A DNA stretch of 64,000 nucleotides, taken from a virus. The stretch spans positions 1 to 64,000 of IMG/VR virus record IMGVR_UViG_3300045120_000483, one strand, 5' to 3'. Within the stretch, counting starts at the first letter, position 1, and each line of letters starts with the position of its first letter. The notes below the pieces were generated by a model. That model was not told the origin of the DNA. It was given only the letters and a program-made list of their open reading frames with translations, and made no database searches. Positions 58,146 to 64,000 of this stretch are shown piece after piece. Made by a program: the position numbers and the translations under genes.

Positions 58146-58535
58146 TTATCCGCCCAACTCCATTGAGGTCTTGATTTGGGCCAGATCGTTCTTACTCAGT
58201 ATATTTAGATACTCTTCGGCCTTCTTTCGGTTGACCTGATAATAAGTCATAAGCATTTCAGCCTGTTCAGTTTTTGGCTTCTTGGGCCATTTGGGATAGC
58301 CCCTCTTCATCCTTCGAATGGAATGCCAAAAGTAATCATATTCTTGCTTACCCGGGAGGGGAGCATAGAGGTTCATTTCATTGGCGTAGAAGATAGCATC
58401 TAGATGCTGGGATAGCCCCCGTCTAGTCAGGAAGGCCATTTTCTCATAATCGGCGGCGTCCTGAGGGGTTTGAACCAGATGCTCTTTCTTATCGAAAATG
58501 GAGTTCAGGAACCGAAAGGGTTTATCATCTGTCAT
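58146..58535 (-). CDS. gp62: Clamp loader small subunit
   Basis: R.LSQ..D.I.YANEMN; upstream of regA. Confidence 0.88.
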   Translation of the reverse strand: MTDDKPFRFLNSIFDKKEHLVQTPQDAADYEKMAFLTRRGLSQHLDAIFYANEMNLYAPLPGKQEYDYFWHSIRRMKRGYPKWPKKPKTEQAEMLMTYYQVNRKKAEEYLNILSKNDLAQIKTSMELGG

Positions 58536-59008
58536 GAGGGGGGGTGCTTGGTCTGAACTATTGCATCATAGACGGCATCTCTCATTTCATGAGAAAGTCC
58601 GAAATCCCATACTTCTTTAGATACTAGAGCAAATCGGTTTATCTCTAGATAATAAAAATCCCTACCATCCAGAGCATCACTACCCGGATTGGTGACATCC
58701 AGTTTAGTTACACCTATGATATCTGACCAATTTATAGGTCCGGGCCCTCTTCCAACATAATCGTATGGGGCCCTTACAATATATCCCGGTACAAGATATT
58801 GTGAAACATGATCTGTCATTTAACCCTCTTTCACAATCTCTCTCTTTTCAAGATCAACAACATGCCACCAGCGTTCTCTCCGGGAGAATTTCTTTACTAT
58901 AATAGGATCAAGCATCGCTTCTTCAAGACTATCATAATCTTGATGGAGGTTATCCCATCCTCCCATACTTGATTCATAGACACCCACAAAAAGCAAATAT
59001 CTCTTCAT
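58532..59008 (-). CDS. Two small genes inserted between gp44 and gp62 (58532-58819 and 58820-59008)
   Basis: Coupled ORFs; MKRYLLF..GGW. Confidence 0.6.
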
Positions 59009-59010
59009 TT

Positions 59011-59946
59011 CTACCTCCATGAGGATTGTATCATTATTTCGACTAGACAAGATGCAAGATTGATCTCTTGATCGACCACAAAAACCGCCATGTGTTGGTA
59101 TTTAGCCAGAATTGTCACAAGCTCTGCCACAAAAGACGGGGCGAAATGCTCCGCAGCCGTATCATAGAACTCCCGAAAGATTGTTTGAGCATCATTCTGA
59201 ACATTCTCTCCGACCCATTTCCGGACATTAGTGAAATCCTTATCCTTGAGGAAAGGAATAAGGGCGGTAATACTAGCTCCCTTCAGATTATTCAGAATGC
59301 CGCTGTCAATAGTCCCCGACATAGAATACTTCTGAAGTTCATTCAGGATACGTCGAAAATCAGGAAAGTGTTTATTGATAACCCCAATTACCGCTTCCTT
59401 TTGGAAGGGAATATTCTCCAGAGTAAGGATTTCACAAACCCGCTTGAAAAAACGGGCGGCGATCTTTGGGCGATCCACTTTACGATTGGTAAACTCAACG
59501 ACAGAACATCGACTCTGAAGGGGAAGAATGATCTTGTTCTGAAAATTAGCTGTTAGGATGAAACCACAATTCTTGGCATACCGCTCCATGAAGTTTCGAA
59601 GAGCACCTTGAGCCACATACGTAATGGAATCGGCCTCATCCAAGATGACGTATTTTCGTTTTCCTTTAAAAGAAACAGAAGAGGCAAACTGAGTGATTTG
59701 ATTTCGGATGGTGTCAATATTGCCATCCAGACCACACGGCACAAAGATGTAATCACAATCCAGTTCCTCCAGAAGGGCTCTGGCGACTGTGGTCTTCCCC
59801 AATCCCGGAGGCCCCACTAAAAGCAGATTGGGGATATTTCCCTGAACAACCATCTGCTTGAAAATCTGGGTAAGGTCTACCGGTAGAATACACTCTTCAA
59901 TTGTATGTGGTCTGTATTTTTCCGGCCAGACGAACTGTTCTCTCAT
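59011..59946 (-). CDS. gp44: Clamp loader large subunit
   Basis: W.EKYRP, GPPGLGKT, DEAD, SRC. Confidence 0.95.
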   Translation of the reverse strand: MREQFVWPEKYRPHTIEECILPVDLTQIFKQMVVQGNIPNLLLVGPPGLGKTTVARALLEELDCDYIFVPCGLDGNIDTIRNQITQFASSVSFKGKRKYVILDEADSITYVAQGALRNFMERYAKNCGFILTANFQNKIILPLQSRCSVVEFTNRKVDRPKIAARFFKRVCEILTLENIPFQKEAVIGVINKHFPDFRRILNELQKYSMSGTIDSGILNNLKGASITALIPFLKDKDFTNVRKWVGENVQNDAQTIFREFYDTAAEHFAPSFVAELVTILAKYQHMAVFVVDQEINLASCLVEIMIQSSWR

Positions 59947-59952
59947 AATCTA

Positions 59953-60326
59953 TCACTTTCCTATATCACCAACTTCTAGATATACTCCCGAAGCCTTAAC
60001 ATCAATCGGAAGAATAAAATCTACATGAGGACTAATACCAAAATCAGATACTATATTAGCACAAGGCCCGACCACCCTAACATCAATAATTTGTAGGCTG
60101 TGTTTATCGATTGTCAAACTCAAATACTGTTTACTCATTATCAATCTCCAAGGGTAACAATTCCATTTACCAATTCAACAGATTTCAAAATCTTTAAATT
60201 TGACGAATATCCCATATTTGGATGGGTATTGGAAACAGGTAAATCAGATAGAAGACGAACAGACGAAAAACCACCACAAGTATTACTAATCCTAGGAATC
60301 GTAAATTCCAAATATTGTTTACTCAT
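59953..60326 (-). CDS. Two small MSKQYL-start genes between gp45 and gp44 (59953-60138 and 60141-60326)
   Basis: Shared start ATGAGTAAACA(A/G)TATTTG. Confidence 0.55.
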
Positions 60327-61005
60327 AGACGCTAGTATCCTCCGTCGCAATGAAATACTTCACATCCTGGGTAGTGAAGACCCCAATTCCGACATCCACC
60401 CCCTTGATCGGGCCGTAGGTGATATCAATCTGATACTCCCCGGGAATGAGCTTCAGAAACTTATCGGCATTAATAAAGACATTAAATTCCTTCTCAGAGG
60501 TTCCAACCTGACAAGTATAAGAGTCCCCCGTAGGATTTTCCGGATTGATACCCTCCACATTAACCTTCCCGTCATTAGCTCTGAGGGAGATTGTTGGAAC
60601 TTTTAGAAAATTGGCCGCCTTGTTTAAGGCCGTGAAATCCTTTTCAAACAGCTTGAAAGAAGTAATAACCGGGGGTAGCGTTAGAGTATTTTCCGGATAG
60701 GCCGTCACTGCTTCCATATCGGCATAGACAAAGTTCAGCTTACGGGTTTCTTCATAGATCGTCAACATTGTATCAAAGAACTCTACCCGGGGGTTCTTAA
60801 ACAATGATAGCGCCCCCAATAGCCGGGAAAGCTCCCCCACCGCAAATTCCTGCGGAATGGTTTCTACAATAGAGGCTTCCGCAATAATATCCTGATGATC
60901 GGTTATAGTCTTCAGAAGGTTACCCGGCTTAAAGTGTAGAGACGGGTTGATTGCGGAGAAATTCGAAATGATATCCTTGGTTCTAGAAGAAAATTCAAAT
61001 GTCAT
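60319..61005 (-). CDS. gp45: Sliding clamp
   Basis: NFSAINPS..G..L.T, F...L...LG.LSLF, LIPG.Y. Confidence 0.9.
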   Translation of the reverse strand: MTFEFSSRTKDIISNFSAINPSLHFKPGNLLKTITDHQDIIAEASIVETIPQEFAVGELSRLLGALSLFKNPRVEFFDTMLTIYEETRKLNFVYADMEAVTAYPENTLTLPPVITSFKLFEKDFTALNKAANFLKVPTISLRANDGKVNVEGINPENPTGDSYTCQVGTSEKEFNVFINADKFLKLIPGEYQIDITYGPIKGVDVGIGVFTTQDVKYFIATEDTSVYE

Positions 61006-61007
61006 AA

Positions 61008-61397
61008 TTATGTCCTCACATGTTCAATGGCTTTATCAATCGGTTGAGTTCGCCAATCCGGCCACTCCCGATTTTCATTCTTGGTCTGTTTGTATTGTAG
61101 CTTTGCTACAATCTCTTCCGGAGAATGTCCGCTTCTCCAGGCAGCATCACAAGCCAGGATGATGACATCAATCCATTCTTCCAGGTCTTGGCCGTTGACA
61201 TCCTCAATCTCTTTCAATTCTTTTCGGATATGATCAAGAATTCCCTTGGTTCTATCTCCGGGTCCAAAGGTCTTCTCCGAATGAGCTTTCTGACGGTAAA
61301 GATGGGCAACCAAATCAAAAACTGGCCTCACAGGATTAAATCCCCCACAATAATAAGTATCTAATACATCAGGGCTTATAGCAAACGACATAATCAA
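61008..61397 (-). CDS. DUF550-like dNTP pyrophosphohydrolase (MazG-like)
   Basis: SEKTFGPG.R..GILDHIRKEL.E, EEWIDV.IL..D, KN..R.WPDWR. Confidence 0.85.
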   Translation of the reverse strand: MIMSFAISPDVLDTYYCGGFNPVRPVFDLVAHLYRQKAHSEKTFGPGDRTKGILDHIRKELKEIEDVNGQDLEEWIDVIILACDAAWRSGHSPEEIVAKLQYKQTKNENREWPDWRTQPIDKAIEHVRT

Positions 61398-61411
61398 ACC
61401 TTTCTTTTCCT

Positions 61412-61627
61412 CTAATACGTATAATTGTTAAATCTCTCAAAGAACGGATCATTCTTTCCTTGAATAGAGACTTCCATTAAGACAGTATAATCCTCTCCAA
61501 ATAGAGTAAAACTCAATTGAGGTTGGCATAATTCATGACAAACCCCTCTCCTAAAGTCCTTAATATCTTCAGGATTTGCATCTTTCAATATCTCTTTAAA
61601 ATGGTCTATCGTTTCAATTTTTGTCAT
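61412..61627 (-). CDS. Hypothetical
   Basis: Coupled ORF. Confidence 0.55.
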   Translation of the reverse strand: MTKIETIDHFKEILKDANPEDIKDFRRGVCHELCQPQLSFTLFGEDYTVLMEVSIQGKNDPFFERFNNYTY

Positions 61628-62487
61628 TTTTTACTCTTGTTCACTTCTTCGGGATCAGCAGTGGGATTCGCTCCCGCCGCCGCTAGATCAGCCAAAGACC
61701 CACTGAAAATATAGGTCCCGGTGTGTTGAAGCTTCATCCAGGGACAAAGCCATGTCTTCAATCCAATTTCATGGGCTTTCTGAGAAAACCAATAATCTTC
61801 ACTCAGATAACGTTCCGTAGCAGGATCAACTTCCGCCTGAAAATACTGCATAATATAACGGGAACCATCGAAAGCCGCCGTCCGAATATGATCGGGCCGA
61901 TATTTGTACCGTTCAAAATAAGCATCATGAAACTTATCCATGGTACGGCGGGGCACCATCATAAATCCCGTACCAATCTCCCGAACCTCCGCAGGCTCAT
62001 TAATATTGATCGTCTGTTGTCCCGCCGCTGGATTGAATACAAAGTCTCCCACATACTTCTCTAGGTCATTGGGAGTACCTTTGGGAGGTTCCGCCAACCC
62101 CTTATTGACCGCTTGGACGACCTTCTCCCAGGCAATACATTTTTTGGGATAGGCCGCTCCAATAATATCGTAGTTGGGATTACGATCAGTCAGGACCATC
62201 AAGGCCAAAATATCTCTGGGATTGAAGGTAATGTCCGCATCAATCCACATCAGATGTGTGGCGTCTGACCTCATAAACTCATCGGCAATATAATTGCGGG
62301 CCCGGGTGATCAACGATTCATTGAACAAAAAATACAATGAAAGGGGGATGCTATATGCCGTACAAATCGCTGTTAGGTCAGCGGTTGACTTAGTAAATGT
62401 CCCGGTACACATACCCCCGAACATCGGGGTTCCAACAAATAACTTGAATTTCTTCAGTTCATCTGCATCAATCTGAATTTGCGCCAT
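61624..62487 (-). CDS. GT-A fold glycosyltransferase-like protein
   Basis: TP.FGG, ESLITRARN, IDAD, GTGFM, YLSEDY.F; promoter TTGACA-17-TATTCT at 62508-62536. Confidence 0.8.
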   Translation of the reverse strand: MAQIQIDADELKKFKLFVGTPMFGGMCTGTFTKSTADLTAICTAYSIPLSLYFLFNESLITRARNYIADEFMRSDATHLMWIDADITFNPRDILALMVLTDRNPNYDIIGAAYPKKCIAWEKVVQAVNKGLAEPPKGTPNDLEKYVGDFVFNPAAGQQTININEPAEVREIGTGFMMVPRRTMDKFHDAYFERYKYRPDHIRTAAFDGSRYIMQYFQAEVDPATERYLSEDYWFSQKAHEIGLKTWLCPWMKLQHTGTYIFSGSLADLAAAGANPTADPEEVNKSKK

Positions 62488-62519
62488 TTGTCTCCATTAA
62501 AAGGTAAAGAATATCAGAA

Positions 62520-62840
62520 TTAGTTCTTATTGTCAAGCTCAATTTGTTGTTTTTCGTTAATTTCTTTTTTGTAAAGATAGAGCAGAAGAAGACCATAATG
62601 GAGAACCTTCATGATGTCCCCATACTCTTCGCCCTTTTTCTGCTTCCACCGGGAAGCATATTTCAACATGTTTCCAATTGTGAAACCTTCCCCATGGCCG
62701 GTAGCAAAAATCAGGTCAAGAGTCTGAATATTGTCCTTTCCAACATAATGCTTGCCATAGGTTCCGGCAATGTAATTATGTAATTCCTTGATGAGGTTTG
62801 GCTCATCGTACTTGGCAGGAAAATCCTTGAATTCTGTCAT
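62520..62840 (-). CDS. DUF3310/SaV-like protein (possible nucleotide kinase)
   Basis: TY..HY, Q..D.I, GF.IGN.LKY..R..K.G, D..K..HY. Confidence 0.65.
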   Translation of the reverse strand: MTEFKDFPAKYDEPNLIKELHNYIAGTYGKHYVGKDNIQTLDLIFATGHGEGFTIGNMLKYASRWKQKKGEEYGDIMKVLHYGLLLLYLYKKEINEKQQIELDNKN

Positions 62841-62841
62841 T

Positions 62842-63183
62842 TTATCCACCCGCTCCATTGTTGTCGCCATAAGTAATAACCACCGGGACTTCTTGTCCAA
62901 AAGGTCCGGGATTAGTAATGGTAATGCTAGTAATCCGATTATTCAGAAGTCCAATATAATCGGCCTTATTGGGCTCACAGGGACACCCAATCTTATCTTC
63001 CATTTCCTTGATCTCTTTCAGAAGATCACGATACTCCTTCAACTGTTCCAGGGTCCATTTAGGATGAGGGCCGGGTGTAACTGGTTGGGGAATAGTGGGA
63101 TAAACCGTTGGGTCTACATAAAAGGGGGGATTATGACGGAACGCCCAATCTCCCATACTACAATATGCACAAATAATTTTCAC
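62842..63183 (-). CDS. Hypothetical
   Basis: ORF in operon. Confidence 0.5.
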   Translation of the reverse strand: MKIICAYCSMGDWAFRHNPPFYVDPTVYPTIPQPVTPGPHPKWTLEQLKEYRDLLKEIKEMEDKIGCPCEPNKADYIGLLNNRITSITITNPGPFGQEVPVVITYGDNNGAGG

Positions 63184-63722
63184 TCCCTATATAAATCAGT
63201 TATAGCTTGAATTGCCTCTGGGGATAAATTCTTGGGACGACTGCCAATTCCGGTGTACTTCCCCTGAGGCCTTGTTGGTTTATTTATCTCCCAAATCAGC
63301 CGATTCTTATCCAAATGAGAAAATTTCTTCCAAACCGTATCGAAGACGTATATTTCGGGCACAGATAGCTGTATAGCCATTACAACGGCCCAGGCCGTGC
63401 CTCCCTTGGGTCTCCCCTTCTCATCCAACTCAGTGGCGGCATAAACCCGTTCTGTGTCATAGACCTGATAATAATTCCGACGAAGTAGGTTATTCACATC
63501 AGAGGTCTTGGTCGGAAACGTTCGCTGTAGGAGCTTATTAGCATCCTGAAGGTAGGTATCTGCCACCAACAGGTTTCGAATGCTGAGAGGAAAACGATTT
63601 TCTATACCTTCATGATGTCCTTCAAAGGAAAAATGAACAACCTTATGACCGGCAGCTTTAGCTAGTTTTCCAAAAAGCTGATCGGCCCCCGGGGCTCCTC
63701 CTGAAAATAGAATATCAGTCAT
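63180..63722 (-). CDS. SLOG/DprA-like protein
   Basis: SGGAPGAD, RN..V, GGTAWAV, GIGSR. Confidence 0.7.
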   Translation of the reverse strand: MTDILFSGGAPGADQLFGKLAKAAGHKVVHFSFEGHHEGIENRFPLSIRNLLVADTYLQDANKLLQRTFPTKTSDVNNLLRRNYYQVYDTERVYAATELDEKGRPKGGTAWAVVMAIQLSVPEIYVFDTVWKKFSHLDKNRLIWEINKPTRPQGKYTGIGSRPKNLSPEAIQAITDLYRE

Positions 63723-64000
63723 CCCAATCATCCTTTTTCCTAAAAACATTCATAATAATAGCCCCCGTAGCTACCAAAATTGGAAACACCACAAAAATCA
63801 CCAATATTAGTGCCCCTAAATTAAGCCAGCCCATAATAATCCTCTCCTACTGAATAAGATGGGAACCCGAAGACGTGGGTTCCGGGAGCCTTTCTTCCTC
63901 TTCGGGTTTGAAAGGAATTGAAAGATCAAACCCCCCAATAATCTGCTTATCCGCCGCCTGAACAGTCACCATGTTACTCACATTATGAAACAACTTACCA

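Noticed and set aside
1-64000. Stop-codon reassignment
   Set aside because: Core genes are full length in the standard code and TAA, TAG and TGA all end genes

Overview
A 64 kb segment of a T4-like myovirus genome, probably infecting an alphaproteobacterium (inferred from gene content: class II RNR, ThyX-type synthase, rhizobial-type secreted protein). Layout: (1) 1-12.8 kb, + strand head module: portal end, gp67-like core, His/Lys-rich modular head proteins, a 6.7 kb block of SGNH/beta-helix structural genes, then gp21, gp22, gp23 and a Hef-like endonuclease; (2) 14.3-40.4 kb, mostly - strand accessory and nucleotide-metabolism genes: a paralog array, DUF932-like, exonuclease, GT4, glutaredoxin, Met aminopeptidase, endolysin, PRTase, NrdJ, ThyX, FkbM, primase; (3) 41.5-50.2 kb, late - strand block with holin-like, structural and further modular head proteins; (4) 50.2-64 kb, replication module (gp41, macro domain, UvsX, gp43, RegA, gp62, gp44, gp45) with spanins, DUF550-like, GT-A and SLOG-like genes. 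Best candidate for an undescribed system: late-expressed polyproteins in which small His/Lys-rich domains are strung between [ILVM]-x-E prohead-protease sites, a possible capsid-packaged multi-cargo delivery system. Associated with it are an RNA-ligase-like/HIGH-nucleotidyltransferase fusion with the same kind of leader and a mini-protein copying the mature gp23 N-arm. No tRNA, rRNA or CRISPR was seen. All family calls come from motif recognition by eye, not database searches.
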